A DNA stretch of 53,903 nucleotides from a virus (taxonomy: Duplodnaviria > Caudoviricetes): positions 1-53,903 of the IMG/VR virus record IMGVR_UViG_3300037722_000853; one strand, 5' to 3'. Below, piece after piece: positions 7,734 through 17,314 of the stretch. Positions within the stretch are counted from its first letter, which is position 1; the number at the start of each line of letters is the position of its first letter. The notes beneath the pieces are model-generated. The model made no database searches, was not told where the DNA came from, and saw only the letters and a list, made by a program, of their open reading frames with translations. Position numbers and translations under genes: made by a program.

Positions 7734-9376
7734 ATTCCCTTACCGGCCAGCTCCTCCAGCTCGCCCAGCAAATACTGCACCACGGCCGCATCGCCCAGCC
7801 GCCCCTCGCGCCAGTTGGCCATCACCGCCGCCAGCGCTTCAGGCAGGCGGGCCTCCGCCGCCCGCGCCACCGTAAAAATCTCGGCCGGGTTACGCACGCC
7901 AATTTTCTGCAAAGCCACCAGGTACAGCTGCCGCAATACCTCGCTGCCCACCGCCTGGTCCAGCACCCCGGCTGTTACGGCCGCCACCGTCTCGGTCATC
8001 AGCCGCGTCAGCTCCTCGATCAGCACAAACAGCGGCGTCTCCATCATGGCCACCACGGCCGCTTGTGGGTCCACGCCGCCGCCATTCTCCGCCCGCAGGA
8101 ACAAGACCACCTGCCCGATCTCCTCCAGCACCGAAGAAAGCCACAATTGGTAGCGCTCAATCTGCTGGTAAAACGGCGTTTTCATTTCCTCGGCCGTGGC
8201 CAACCCGCCGCTGATTGCATCAGGAAAACCCAGCCAATGCAGGCCAATGCCGGTGGCCACGCTCAGCTGGCCGCCCAACATACGGCCGTCAAAGCGGGCG
8301 CTGGCCGCGCCGGTATCGCGGGCCATCCACTCCCGGTTCACCGCCTCATTTTCAATCCAGTCAGAAGCGGCCGCTGCCGGCGGGTTGTTGTCGCGATAGC
8401 TGCTGCCCTGCACCAGGCCAGATTGCAGCCGGCTCTTAAACTGGCCCACCACCCGGCTGCCGCCGTCGATCTTCACCTTCTCGGTATACATCGCCGCCTT
8501 GCGCGCCACGGCCGCCCGGTCGCCCATAAAATCTTGCAGCACCGTGGCCCACTCAAACGCATTCAGAAACTGCGGCATCCCTCGGCCCAGTGTGTGGTTG
8601 CGGTTGCGCACCGCCCACATCGCCACCACCTTGGTCACGGCCTCGGGACGGCCGTTAATCTCCACCGTGCCATCGGCCAGCATATCAGCCCGGCGCGCCC
8701 CTCGCGGAATCGGCACCTGGCCCAGTTGGGCCTCGCTGGCCCGCCAGTCAGGGTAATACAGATCGCCCTTTGTGCTGCGCCGGTGGCGGTAAAAGAGCGG
8801 GATCGTCTGGCTGTCAGGGTCTTCCCAGATGATTTCCACCTGGTCGGTGGGGATGCGGCGGATCGTCGCCTCACCGTCCAGCGGCGAGTACCAGAAGGCA
8901 AACAGCAGCTCGCCTTCGTTCAGCGCGTCTTCGCTGCGTTCGTGCAAACTGCGCTGGCCGATGATCGGCGCGTTGCGCTGCGCCGTCCAGAATTCAGTCA
9001 GCAGGGTATTGGCGGCCGTGTCCTCACTGCGCAGCTGCACCCGCTGGCCCAAACCAAAGTCGGTCCAGATCTGCACCGCTTTTTCGATGTTGATGTTGGT
9101 ATCGGCCGTCCAGCGCGCCTGGCGAATGGCCAGGTTGCGGTCGCGCTCAGTAATGCGGAATCCCTGGCCAAAGGCCGCGCCCCGCGTGCGCATGATGAGG
9201 TCAATCAACTGGCCGTTTTCTTGCAGCATCTGCAAAACTTTTTCCGGTGGGGCGATGAGGCCGCCGCGCTGGTAGGCGTCTTCAAACACATTAACCATGC
9301 GCGTCACCTCGCGCATGTGGCGCGGGAATAGTTTTGGTAAGACGAAGTGATCGAGCCGTTCTCTAAGGGTTGGCAT
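7724..9376 (-). CDS. Portal protein
   Basis: 550 aa after terminase; EGELLF, RRIPTDQV, GRGMP and GGLATA motifs. Confidence 0.85.
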   Translation of the reverse strand: MPTLRERLDHFVLPKLFPRHMREVTRMVNVFEDAYQRGGLIAPPEKVLQMLQENGQLIDLIMRTRGAAFGQGFRITERDRNLAIRQARWTADTNINIEKAVQIWTDFGLGQRVQLRSEDTAANTLLTEFWTAQRNAPIIGQRSLHERSEDALNEGELLFAFWYSPLDGEATIRRIPTDQVEIIWEDPDSQTIPLFYRHRRSTKGDLYYPDWRASEAQLGQVPIPRGARRADMLADGTVEINGRPEAVTKVVAMWAVRNRNHTLGRGMPQFLNAFEWATVLQDFMGDRAAVARKAAMYTEKVKIDGGSRVVGQFKSRLQSGLVQGSSYRDNNPPAAAASDWIENEAVNREWMARDTGAASARFDGRMLGGQLSVATGIGLHWLGFPDAISGGLATAEEMKTPFYQQIERYQLWLSSVLEEIGQVVLFLRAENGGGVDPQAAVVAMMETPLFVLIEELTRLMTETVAAVTAGVLDQAVGSEVLRQLYLVALQKIGVRNPAEIFTVARAAEARLPEALAAVMANWREGRLGDAAVVQYLLGELEELAGKGMGR

Positions 9377-9596
9377 TTTCCACCTCCTCGCGGATCGCCT
9401 CTATACTGCTGTTCAGCAGCCAGCCAGCGGCGCGGATCAGCTGCACGGCCGTCCAATAGCGCAATTGATACCAGCGCGTGAGCTCGACCTGCACCGTTAC
9501 CGTCATATCGTTGCGCGGTGGCTTGTTCAGCTTCATCGTCACGGGCTTGACCTTCCAGCCGTGCGATGTTGTTGTGTACTCGTCAGATTCACTCAC
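9363..9596 (-). CDS. Hypothetical protein
   Basis: GAGGAGG RBS, overlapping junctions. Confidence 0.6.
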   Translation of the reverse strand: MSESDEYTTTSHGWKVKPVTMKLNKPPRNDMTVTVQVELTRWYQLRYWTAVQLIRAAGWLLNSSIEAIREEVENANP

Positions 9597-9930
9597 TGCT
9601 TACCTCCTCGGGCGCAGGTTGCCAACGGCCGTGAAACATCGCCACGGCCGCGCAAATCGCCGTCGCCAGGCTCGTGTGCCGAAAGGTGCTTACGTGTTCA
9701 CTATTCCACACAGACGCATAATGATCGCCCATTTCTACAGAATACCCCACCTGGTAATTCAGCGCCTTATCCCGCGCCATCCCGCCCCAGGCCAGGGCGT
9801 CGTTTTGAAAGTAAGGCGGTGGCAGCAGCTGCTCGCCTCCCAGGGGATCAATCCATTTACGGCCGCGCCGCCTCCAGCCAATGGCCAGAGCAAACGCCTC
9901 GTTGAGCTTCAGCTTTTCTTCATTGTCCAA
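9589..9930 (-). CDS. Phage ABA-sandwich-like protein
   Basis: ALAIGW...PPYFQNDALAW...LATAICAAV pattern; GGAGG before TTG at 9930. Confidence 0.5.
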   Translation of the reverse strand: MDNEEKLKLNEAFALAIGWRRRGRKWIDPLGGEQLLPPPYFQNDALAWGGMARDKALNYQVGYSVEMGDHYASVWNSEHVSTFRHTSLATAICAAVAMFHGRWQPAPEEVSSE

Positions 9931-9961
9931 ACCACACCTCCACACGTTCGCACGCAAACAT

Positions 9962-9998
9962 CATTAACCATTAACCATTTACAATTAACCATTAACCA
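9962..9998. repeat. TTAACCA heptamer array, copy 1
   Basis: 37 bp, 35/37 identical to 12544-12580. Confidence 0.85.
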
Positions 9999-10002
9999 CT
10001 AG

Positions 10003-11715
10003 CTATCTTCTGCGCCACCCGCCAATCCGCACCGGGTCATACACCTGGCGTACCAGCTCCTGCTGGCGCGGCTCAAACAAATAGTCCGGTGCCACACACA
10101 GCGCCAGGCCATCACCGTCATCCGGGCTGCGGCCGACCTTTTTCTTGAACTCGCCCTTGGGCCGCAATTTTTTCACATCATACCCCCGCGACTTCACCCA
10201 GCTAAACGGCCGTTCGCACAGGTCCGCCTCCAGCGCCTCGGGTGGATCGTCCAGCGCCAACGTGCGCAGCGCCTCGGCCGCGTGGTAATACATCTCGGTG
10301 ATGAGGTCGGTAAACGCCTCGATGTCATAAGGCACCGCCTGAAAATGCACCTCCTCCACCTCAAAAAAGTCAAACGCCTGGCGCAGATCCACGTCGGCCA
10401 GCAGCAAATCAACCACCCCGCCGCCAAAGCCACCGCTGCCATCGACGCGTACCACCAGGTCCGTCACCCCCAGCTTGTCCAGCCGCAGCGCCGCCGCCTT
10501 AATCGCCCGAAAATAAGCTCCTGTACGTCGCTTGCTCAGCACCGCCTCACGCCACACACGGCCGTTATGCCGCACATACACCGTGCCAAAGTCGCTGCCA
10601 AAGCGGGCTGCATCGACGCCGATCCGGGCAATGGTAGGGAACTCGCCGCCGTGCCTCCGACCCTTCGCCGCCTCGTACCGGCCGACTGAACAAAACACGT
10701 CGTCCACAATGTTGGCCGGGGCAATGCCCAGCACCCGCCAGAAAAAAAGCGGCTTCGGCCGGTAAATGATGCCCGGCCGCCAGGTCAGCTCAAAGGTAAA
10801 CTCTTCCTCCTCGTGGGTGTTTACCCGCTCGCAGTATTCCGCATTGTCGGCCCGCCGCTCCACCCACTCCCGCGTCGCCGCGCCGGGGATCACCTGACGG
10901 CCGCTCACCACGTTGGGGTGATCCAGGGTGCTGATGCGAAAAGAGCGTACGTACGGCAGCGCCGCCAGCTTGTGGAAACGGCTGCGCCGGGTGCGCGGGT
11001 TGGCCAGCAGCAGCACAATCACCACCACGCCGGTATCCATCCCTTCCAGCGCCTCATACACAAAATCTGCCACGCCCTCGGCCTCATCGAGGATGAACAT
11101 CAGATACGGGTGATGCTGGCCATGCAGCCGCTCGATGCCGCTGTCGTTGCTGTTATCCGTGGCCCGGCCGACGGCAAAATGGTCGGCCGACTCCTTCAGT
11201 CGTGGAATCTCCAGCACCCGGCCGGGCAAGTTGCGTTCGCCGCCCCGGTCGTTGCGGATTTCCTTCCAGAGTAAATCGTTAATCTGCTCGGCGCTGGGGG
11301 CAAACGTGTAAATAATGCTGGGGAAGCAGTCAAAGAATTGGCTAAACAGGCCGCTGGCCAATTTCGTTTTGCCCACCAGGTTGCCCGACTCCACCCGGAT
11401 CCAGTTTTGGATCAGCTGACCCGGCCGCCAGACTGTTAGCTCGTCGAGGTTCCTCTCGCCCTGCTCGTAGGCGTTTTTCTCCAGCTGCTGCCGGATGGCC
11501 AGGGTATAGGCGTCAATCACCTCCATCTGGCCCGGTTTCTCCTCGCTGCCGCGCCACGGTTCCCAGCCCAGCTCCTGGCGAATGTAAGCGGCCGGGTCCA
11601 GCCGGTATTTGTCAAAGCGCCCCTTCTTGCGCTTGCTGGCCCGCGTTTTCACCCGCGCCACCTGCATCTGCCGGTAGGCTGCCGGCGAAAGGAGGGATTG
11701 CCAATCGACCGTCAC
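10003..11715 (-). CDS. terL: Terminase large subunit
   Basis: Walker A SGNLVGKT, Walker B FILDEA, LANP, nuclease IGVDAARFGSD and SPDDGD. Confidence 0.92.
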   Translation of the reverse strand: MTVDWQSLLSPAAYRQMQVARVKTRASKRKKGRFDKYRLDPAAYIRQELGWEPWRGSEEKPGQMEVIDAYTLAIRQQLEKNAYEQGERNLDELTVWRPGQLIQNWIRVESGNLVGKTKLASGLFSQFFDCFPSIIYTFAPSAEQINDLLWKEIRNDRGGERNLPGRVLEIPRLKESADHFAVGRATDNSNDSGIERLHGQHHPYLMFILDEAEGVADFVYEALEGMDTGVVVIVLLLANPRTRRSRFHKLAALPYVRSFRISTLDHPNVVSGRQVIPGAATREWVERRADNAEYCERVNTHEEEEFTFELTWRPGIIYRPKPLFFWRVLGIAPANIVDDVFCSVGRYEAAKGRRHGGEFPTIARIGVDAARFGSDFGTVYVRHNGRVWREAVLSKRRTGAYFRAIKAAALRLDKLGVTDLVVRVDGSGGFGGGVVDLLLADVDLRQAFDFFEVEEVHFQAVPYDIEAFTDLITEMYYHAAEALRTLALDDPPEALEADLCERPFSWVKSRGYDVKKLRPKGEFKKKVGRSPDDGDGLALCVAPDYLFEPRQQELVRQVYDPVRIGGWRRR

Positions 11716-12464
11716 TCGCCACCCCGCTTGATGCCGGCCCGCTTAAAGATGGCGGCCGCCAGCTCGTCGCCGAATTCGGCGATCACATCGTCCGGCTCTA
11801 TCTCATTCTTGCGCAGCAGCGCGGCAATCTCATCGTGCATTGTCAGGTGCACCCGGTCGCTGTCCATGTCCAGCGAGCGCCGCCCCAGCTTGCTGGCTGT
11901 ATCCATGATCGCGGCCGTATCTCGAAACTTCCAATCGGCCGGCTTCAGCACCCGCCGGATGATAATACGGCCGTCGTCGTCCTCTTCCTCGGTCTCCTCT
12001 TCCAGTCGCTCCACCGGGAAGCGCAGCATCGCCTCCACTTTTTTACTCAGGGCCATCGCCGCGCCGTACTCCATCTCCCGAATCTGCTGCTCGCGGTAGG
12101 CCAGCTTGCGCCCAATTTTATTCTCCACATAGGCGCGGGTCAGCCGGGTCACGGCCGTCAACACCGCCTGGAACAGCTCATTGTGGTACCAGTCCTTGTC
12201 GGGGTTGTAGTAGGCGCTTTTGCTCACGCAGTCGCGCCGCTCCAGCACCTGTTTGATCGTGGCCCCGGTGGTCACCTCCGACCAGGCCAGGTGCCAGATC
12301 GTGTTCCTGCGTTTCTGCCACAGCGGCATGTCGCGCAGGGCGGCCAGCTCGGCATCAACGGCCGTCAGGTAAACACGCCAGGCGTCCCTATCTTGCTCGT
12401 CTGGCGTATCGTCGAACTCCACCCAGGTAATGTCAGTCACGGCCGCGGTCACGATTGCGCACAC
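11712..12464 (-). CDS. Putative terminase small subunit
   Basis: Coupled upstream of terL; helical; start uncertain. Confidence 0.55.
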   Translation of the reverse strand: MCAIVTAAVTDITWVEFDDTPDEQDRDAWRVYLTAVDAELAALRDMPLWQKRRNTIWHLAWSEVTTGATIKQVLERRDCVSKSAYYNPDKDWYHNELFQAVLTAVTRLTRAYVENKIGRKLAYREQQIREMEYGAAMALSKKVEAMLRFPVERLEEETEEEDDDGRIIIRRVLKPADWKFRDTAAIMDTASKLGRRSLDMDSDRVHLTMHDEIAALLRKNEIEPDDVIAEFGDELAAAIFKRAGIKRGGE

Positions 12465-12543
12465 CCCCCTACCCTATTCGTGTAGTAATCCCTCGCGATC
12501 TCAACTAAAAACAAGCCACAGAGGCGGGTCATGAGGCACCGCC

Positions 12544-12580
12544 CATTAACCGTTAACCATTTGCAATTAACCATTAACCA
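12544..12580. repeat. TTAACCA heptamer array, copy 2
   Basis: Encodes the methyltransferase C-terminus MVNG and its stop. Confidence 0.85.
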
Positions 12581-13442
12581 TTTTCCCCAGCCATCCCACG
12601 GCCGTCGCCACCGCCGTCGCATCGTCATCCACCCCTACGGCCGGACGGCCTAGCTGCACCGCCTCCACCAGCGACGTGCCCGCTCCGCAAAAAATATCAA
12701 CCACCGCATCACCCGGCCGCGTATGCTGCTGGATAAAGCGCCGGGGCAGCATCCGCGGGAAACTGCCACCCTCGACCCGCGGCCGTCCCTGGTCGCCGCT
12801 GCTGCTGAAGCGCAATACGTTGCCCTGGCGCGCCCCCTCTGGGTGCAGCCGGGCGTGGCCGTTGGCCAGCTTGCCCAGCACGTCAGGCTGGCGCGGGTTG
12901 CCGTTTTTGTTTTTGGCAATGGTTTTGGGGGAATACGGCCGTCGCACCGGCCGGTAAAAATAGTGGTGACTGCGGGCAAACACGGCCGCAATTTCCCATT
13001 CATCCCGGTCGTGGCGTTTGTGGTTTCCGGCCGGTGGGGCGTTGAGCTTGTCCCAGATGTAGAAATCGACCGGCAGCAGGCCATGCTGCTCGCCAATTTC
13101 GTGGATGAGCAGCAGCTGATCCACGTCAAACCAGCCGTCGGTGGTACGGCCGTATTTGTAAACCAGCACGATGACGCCAGTTCGGGGATTGATCTTCGGC
13201 GCCCAGGCCGCCAGGCGCTCGTGCAGCCAGGCGTGGTAAGCCGCGCCGCTGAGATCGAAACCATGCAGGCCGGGGTATGGCGGCGAGGTGAGGAGGAGCT
13301 GGAAACGGCCGTCTTCGTAGCAGTCGGCAATGGTCAGGCAGTCAGCCTGCCACACCGTCCAGTTGTCGGCCTGGTACATTGGCGGCCCCGCCTCCCCTAT
13401 TCCGGTCAAGTCAAGTGTGTGGCTCGGTGAATCTGGCTTCAT
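12567..13442 (-). CDS. Beta-class amino (N4-C/N6-A) DNA methyltransferase
   Basis: TSPPY motif IV precedes DIFCGAGTS motif I; YIWDK. Confidence 0.9.
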   Translation of the reverse strand: MKPDSPSHTLDLTGIGEAGPPMYQADNWTVWQADCLTIADCYEDGRFQLLLTSPPYPGLHGFDLSGAAYHAWLHERLAAWAPKINPRTGVIVLVYKYGRTTDGWFDVDQLLLIHEIGEQHGLLPVDFYIWDKLNAPPAGNHKRHDRDEWEIAAVFARSHHYFYRPVRRPYSPKTIAKNKNGNPRQPDVLGKLANGHARLHPEGARQGNVLRFSSSGDQGRPRVEGGSFPRMLPRRFIQQHTRPGDAVVDIFCGAGTSLVEAVQLGRPAVGVDDDATAVATAVGWLGKMVNG

Positions 13443-13637
13443 ATGGCCTTCAAAATCCCAAAAAGCGAGTACCACCCCAGTCCCACTTGTGTGCTATTTA
13501 CAGGAGACTCACGGCGCGCTCGCTGTGCGTTACCTATGCGAAACATTTCTAACTACTGCTATTTTATGCTATCACAAACGGGCGGCCGAAATATGAGAAA
13601 GGGTGGTTGATTTTTGGGGATGTGGCAGGCTGTGGCA

Positions 13638-13672
13638 AAAGGCCCCGGCCGGGTGTGGGGTTCGGCCGGGGC
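13638..13672 (-). terminator. Terminator after the membrane protein gene
   Basis: GCCCCGGCCG/CGGCCGGGGC stem then CTTTT. Confidence 0.6.
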
Positions 13673-13700
13673 GAGGGGAAGCCTTCAGGGGGAACGGTCG

Positions 13701-14564
13701 TTACTCCAGCGTGATCGTCCAGTCGCCTACCGCAATCACCTCGATAATGATTGTGTTACTGTCCAAGCGCACGGTGCCCTCATACGAATCGGTAGTGTTA
13801 ACCAGCAGTTCGCGGCCACTGCCGTAACCAAAGACAGCAAAGTGCCGCTCGCCGGCGTTGCCGGTGATGGTGGCCCGGCTGGGCGCTCCAACCAGGGCAA
13901 AGACATAGTTACCGCTGCCAGAAACTTCACCCGGCACATCTACACGCTCAATGGTACCCAGCGGCCGTACCTCAATCGTCCACGCGCCGGTGGCCGTCAC
14001 TTCAAAACCGGCCGTGTGTTCGTCGCTCAAAAAGTCCAGCGGCATCAGGCCGGTGAAGGGATCGGTCGTGTTAACCAGTAAATTGATCGTCTCCCCGCTC
14101 GCATCATAGTTCGTCACGGCAAAATGACGCCCGCCGGCATTGCCACTCACATACACCAGCGCTGGCTCGGCGCCCTTCTCGATGTCTACCAGGTCATCCC
14201 CTGACCCTTCCAGGATGATCGGCTCTGGCGTGTTGGTCGGTGTGGGGACAGGGGTGTTGGTGGGTCTGCGCGTGGGGGTATTCGTTGGCTCTGGCGTGTT
14301 GGTCGGTTCGGGTGTATCGCTGGGCTCTGCGGTATTTGTTGGCTCCGGGGTATCGGTGGGCGACGCGGTCGCCTCCTCCACAACGGTCTGCGCTGAGCTT
14401 GTCAAGGAGGCCGCTTCCTCCCCCTCCCCCACTTCAGCCACGGCCGTAGCTTCGCCCGTTTCCGTGTCGGGCAGCAGTAGGCCCAAAACAAAAAGCCCGG
14501 TGCAGCACAGGGCCAAAAACCCTACCACGCCGAGCACAACCTTGCGCCTGCTTAAATTTTTCAT
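13701..14564 (-). CDS. Membrane-anchored surface protein (superinfection-exclusion-like slot)
   Basis: N-terminal TM with CC, PTNTPE linker, two repeated beta domains (RHFAV...LLVNTTD..TG...AxGxWTI). Confidence 0.75.
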   Translation of the reverse strand: MKNLSRRKVVLGVVGFLALCCTGLFVLGLLLPDTETGEATAVAEVGEGEEAASLTSSAQTVVEEATASPTDTPEPTNTAEPSDTPEPTNTPEPTNTPTRRPTNTPVPTPTNTPEPIILEGSGDDLVDIEKGAEPALVYVSGNAGGRHFAVTNYDASGETINLLVNTTDPFTGLMPLDFLSDEHTAGFEVTATGAWTIEVRPLGTIERVDVPGEVSGSGNYVFALVGAPSRATITGNAGERHFAVFGYGSGRELLVNTTDSYEGTVRLDSNTIIIEVIAVGDWTITLE

Positions 14565-14567
14565 ATT

Positions 14568-14585
14568 CGCCTCCTCAGGGCTTCT
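14568..14585 (-). promoter_or_regulatory. AGAAGCCCT-GAGG-AGGCG motif, copy 2 (covers the RBS)
   Basis: AGAAGCCCTGAGGAGGCGAATATG. Confidence 0.55.
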
Positions 14586-14723
14586 GGCCGACACGAGATC
14601 GGCCTGTGAGCAACTGGCAATAAGCGGCACCTTACCCCGACTGGCTTACGGGTGAGGTTAAGAAGCCGGCCATCACGCGGCTGGTAATTTGCAACGAGTT
14701 TCCGAAATCAGTACCCGCGGCCG

Positions 14724-14752
14724 TTGACAGATTTCGATTGATCGACTACACT
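14724..14752 (+). promoter_or_regulatory. Sigma70-type promoter
   Basis: TTGACA-17 nt-TACACT. Confidence 0.75.
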
Positions 14753-14759
14753 GTCGCTC

Positions 14760-15005
14760 ATGTCGTTAAATTCACCTACACTTATCAGGACAGTAAATAT
14801 GGTTGAAGAGAAAAGGTTCTCGACCGCAGAGGCCGCTGAACGTCTTGGAGTTGTCCAACGCACGATTCAGCGCTGGTACGAACAAGGGGAATTTCCCAAT
14901 GCCCGGCCAAAGAGCCCTACTCCTCGAAGCCCAATCGTGATCCCCGAATCTGATATTGCAGCCTTTGAGCAGCGACGCGACGCCGCAGGCCCGCAACCTA
15001 ATTAG
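14760..15005 (+). CDS. Excisionase-like MerR/HTH_17 protein
   Basis: FSTAEAAERLGVVQRTIQRWYEQGEF...IPESDI; next to attP; start is 14760 (leaderless) or 14799. Confidence 0.8.
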   Translation: MSLNSPTLIRTVNMVEEKRFSTAEAAERLGVVQRTIQRWYEQGEFPNARPKSPTPRSPIVIPESDIAAFEQRRDAAGPQPN

Positions 15006-15013
15006 TTAAAATT

Positions 15014-15052
15014 CAAAGAGGCTGCCAAGCTTGCAGGCGAGCAGCCTCTTTG
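15014..15052. terminator. Bidirectional terminator
   Basis: CAAAGAGGCTGC/GCAGCCTCTTTG. Confidence 0.7.
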
Positions 15053-15127
15053 TTAGTGATGAACGTTAACAACTGAATATTTCCCTTTTCCAGTCGCCAA
15101 CCCCACCACCTGACGTGATGAACGTCA

Positions 15128-15174
15128 TGCCCTCACGGAGATTCGAACTCCGGTCTTAGCCTTGAAAGGGCTAA
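15128..15174 (-). other. attP core: 3' half of tRNA-Glu(TTC)
   Basis: TAGCC-CTTTCAA-GGCTA AGAC CGGAG-TTCGAAT-CTCCG TGAGGGC A; no D arm; lies between xis-like gene and integrase. Confidence 0.8.
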
Positions 15175-15198
15175 CACCCATGTGGGGGCAGCCAGGAA

Positions 15199-15217
15199 TT
15201 AGCCGTGCCTGGGCTAA
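15199..15217. repeat. Second TTAGCC-N7-GGCTAA core-type site
   Basis: TTAGCC gtgcctg GGCTAA cacc versus TTAGCC ttgaaag GGCTAA cacc at 15156-15178. Confidence 0.75.
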
Positions 15218-15813
15218 CACCTGGAGATCGCGGGCTGCGCTCAGAGCGCCAACGGCCGTATCCAACGGCCGCCAACAGGCTGCACCAAACAAGTATCATA
15301 ACCTTATTTTGGAATTATTTCTATTTTTCTTAGCATCAACGGCCGCACAACCGGCCGTCATGCAGGGCAGCGGGCACCATCTTCCGGGTAAACCGAATCA
15401 GGTGTAACAAACCTCCTTACGCGATTGGATACGAGAACCCTCTCAACGATGCTCAACTTCAAGTCCCGCTGTCCTCCTCTTTTTTTTGGTTCAATCGGCC
15501 GATTTGCGTTCGCCTGCGTTGGCTCCGCCAACAACAACGCCACCCGGCCGTGAGAATACCCTCCAAACGCACCGGGGCGGATCGGCGCATACATGCGCCC
15601 CCCCGGTGCCTGGGGTTTTTATTTGTTCACTCCGGGCCAGGTCGATTCTCCGAGCGCCTGGTCCGCTGGGATATTCTTCTCTCCTAAGCCGGCGGTCGTT
15701 GACCGGCCGCCGGCAACCTTTCGGAATCCTCGCCCAAGGGGCGTCGATCTGGTTTGGCCGTTTCCGTGCCTAAAAACGGCTACCTCGTTTATGACTGATT
15801 CTAGGAGGTGAGC

Positions 15814-15957
15814 GTGCAAAAAATCTCAGGCGAAAGCCGCAGGGTGCAATTGACGGGCTACAGGCAAGCCCTGGTCTCACAAGCCAGGGGAGTGGGTTCG
15901 ATCCCCGCCCCGCCTAAACCGGAGCCGCAGCCGCAGCACCAAAAAGACGGCACCTAA
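15814..15957 (+). CDS. 47-aa ORF containing a tRNA-like fold
   Basis: AGGAGGTGA RBS then GTG; MQKISGESRRVQLTGYRQALVSQARGVGSIPAPPKPEPQPQHQKDGT. Confidence 0.45.
   Translation: MQKISGESRRVQLTGYRQALVSQARGVGSIPAPPKPEPQPQHQKDGT
15871..15916 (+). pseudogene. tRNA-like fragment (anticodon loop CTCACAA plus T arm)
   Basis: CTGGT-CTCACAA-GCCAG GGGA GTGGG-TTCGATC-CCCGC CCCGCCT A; no clear D arm. Confidence 0.6.
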
Positions 15958-16059
15958 TTGTCCTCAAACGGCCGTTCTCCTCCTTCGGCCGAGAGAATAC
16001 CTTCTTCTACGGGCAGGGGTGAATGCAGCACCCCTGCCCCCTCTTCACCAGCAGGCGGG

Positions 16060-16980
16060 TCAGCTCTTCCCCGTCTGCAAAATCGCCACCCGCGCTGCAC
16101 TCCGATCCGGATCGTAATAATGCTCCCGGATGACCCGTGTGCCGCTGATGTGACCCAGTGCCTCGGCTGCCAGCTCCAGCCCAAACTGCCGGGCAATCTT
16201 GGTCCCGCGCAAACGGCGCATTTCCTGGAAGGTGATCGTCGGCACTCCGGCCACCGCGCACACATTACGCCGGGCATGGCCCAGACCGTTGGCCTCCAAC
16301 GGCCGTCCCAACGAAGACGGCCGTAAATGCACAAACAACCGGTTGCTACCACACTCCGGCCGCACGTCCAGCCAGCCGCGCAAAATCCCGGCGTGCCAGT
16401 CGCCAAACACAATTTCAATGGCCGTTTTGCCCTTACTGGCCACGGTGTAGATGTGGCCCACCCGCTCATCGAAGTCCGGCCGTCCCAGCGCCGCCACCGT
16501 CTCCCGGAACGGCAGCAGCATAATATTGCTCCGCCGCGCCCCCGAGATGGCCGCCACCGCAAAAACGGCCGCATCCCGGCGCTGGTACGGATTGGCCGAC
16601 CGGGACATGATGCCGCAGAACGTCAAGGCGCTGGCCAGGTGCGCCTCATTCGCCGTCACCACGTGGGCCGGCCGGTCATCGTAACGCGGCAGCTGCGTAG
16701 CCGGATTACGCTCCAGCCAGCCCTGGGCCAGGCAAAAATTAAAAAACGTCACCAGGCAGCTGCGGGCCATCGCCAGCGTCGCTTCGGCGTAGCTGCCCTC
16801 CATCTGGCCAAACCACTCATTGACCGTTTCGGCCGACACCTCGCCAACCGGCCGCGCGCCGTTCCCCTCCAGAAACGGCCGCAGCTTATACGCATATTTC
16901 GAGCGAGTGATGAGCTTACGCCTGGGGTCCGCCAGGAACTGCTCAAAGGCAGCGGCGACACTGATACCGGTATCCGTCAT
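16060..16980 (-). CDS. int: Tyrosine recombinase/integrase (no arm-binding domain)
   Basis: SAM-like N-terminus (FFNFC...RNP), SGARR, K, QEMRR in place of HxxR, LGH, EHYY. Confidence 0.88.
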   Translation of the reverse strand: MTDTGISVAAAFEQFLADPRRKLITRSKYAYKLRPFLEGNGARPVGEVSAETVNEWFGQMEGSYAEATLAMARSCLVTFFNFCLAQGWLERNPATQLPRYDDRPAHVVTANEAHLASALTFCGIMSRSANPYQRRDAAVFAVAAISGARRSNIMLLPFRETVAALGRPDFDERVGHIYTVASKGKTAIEIVFGDWHAGILRGWLDVRPECGSNRLFVHLRPSSLGRPLEANGLGHARRNVCAVAGVPTITFQEMRRLRGTKIARQFGLELAAEALGHISGTRVIREHYYDPDRSAARVAILQTGKS

Positions 16981-17314
16981 TATTTTTCTCCCTTCGCGCA
17001 CGTCTTCGTGCGCATTTGGCCGCGACTGGTGCAGCGCATGGGCGCCAACAGCGAAAAAGCGCGGCCCGAAACCTAAAAACAGGTCTCAAGTCGCGCTCAC
17101 CTTGTCCGGGTGGCGGGGAGTTCTTGACCAGGACACCCGCCGCCCCTCGCTCACTATTCTACCCATTTGGTTGACCCCGGCAAACGGCCGGTCAACTGCC
17201 GGTTTTGTTGACTCACCGGCAGCCTCTTCCCCTCACCCAGGCGGGGTGCAGCGCTCCGAGTTTGCGCCCCGCCTGGCCGGGAACTTCTGGCAGCATAGCA
17301 GCACGGAGGCAATT

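Noticed and set aside
15128-15916. Two functional tRNA genes
   Set aside because: Neither has a recognisable D arm or a fully paired acceptor stem; treated as attP and tRNA-like fragments
15560-17280. C4/CI-type antisense RNA system
   Set aside because: Hairpins are present but I could not find the paired target repeats
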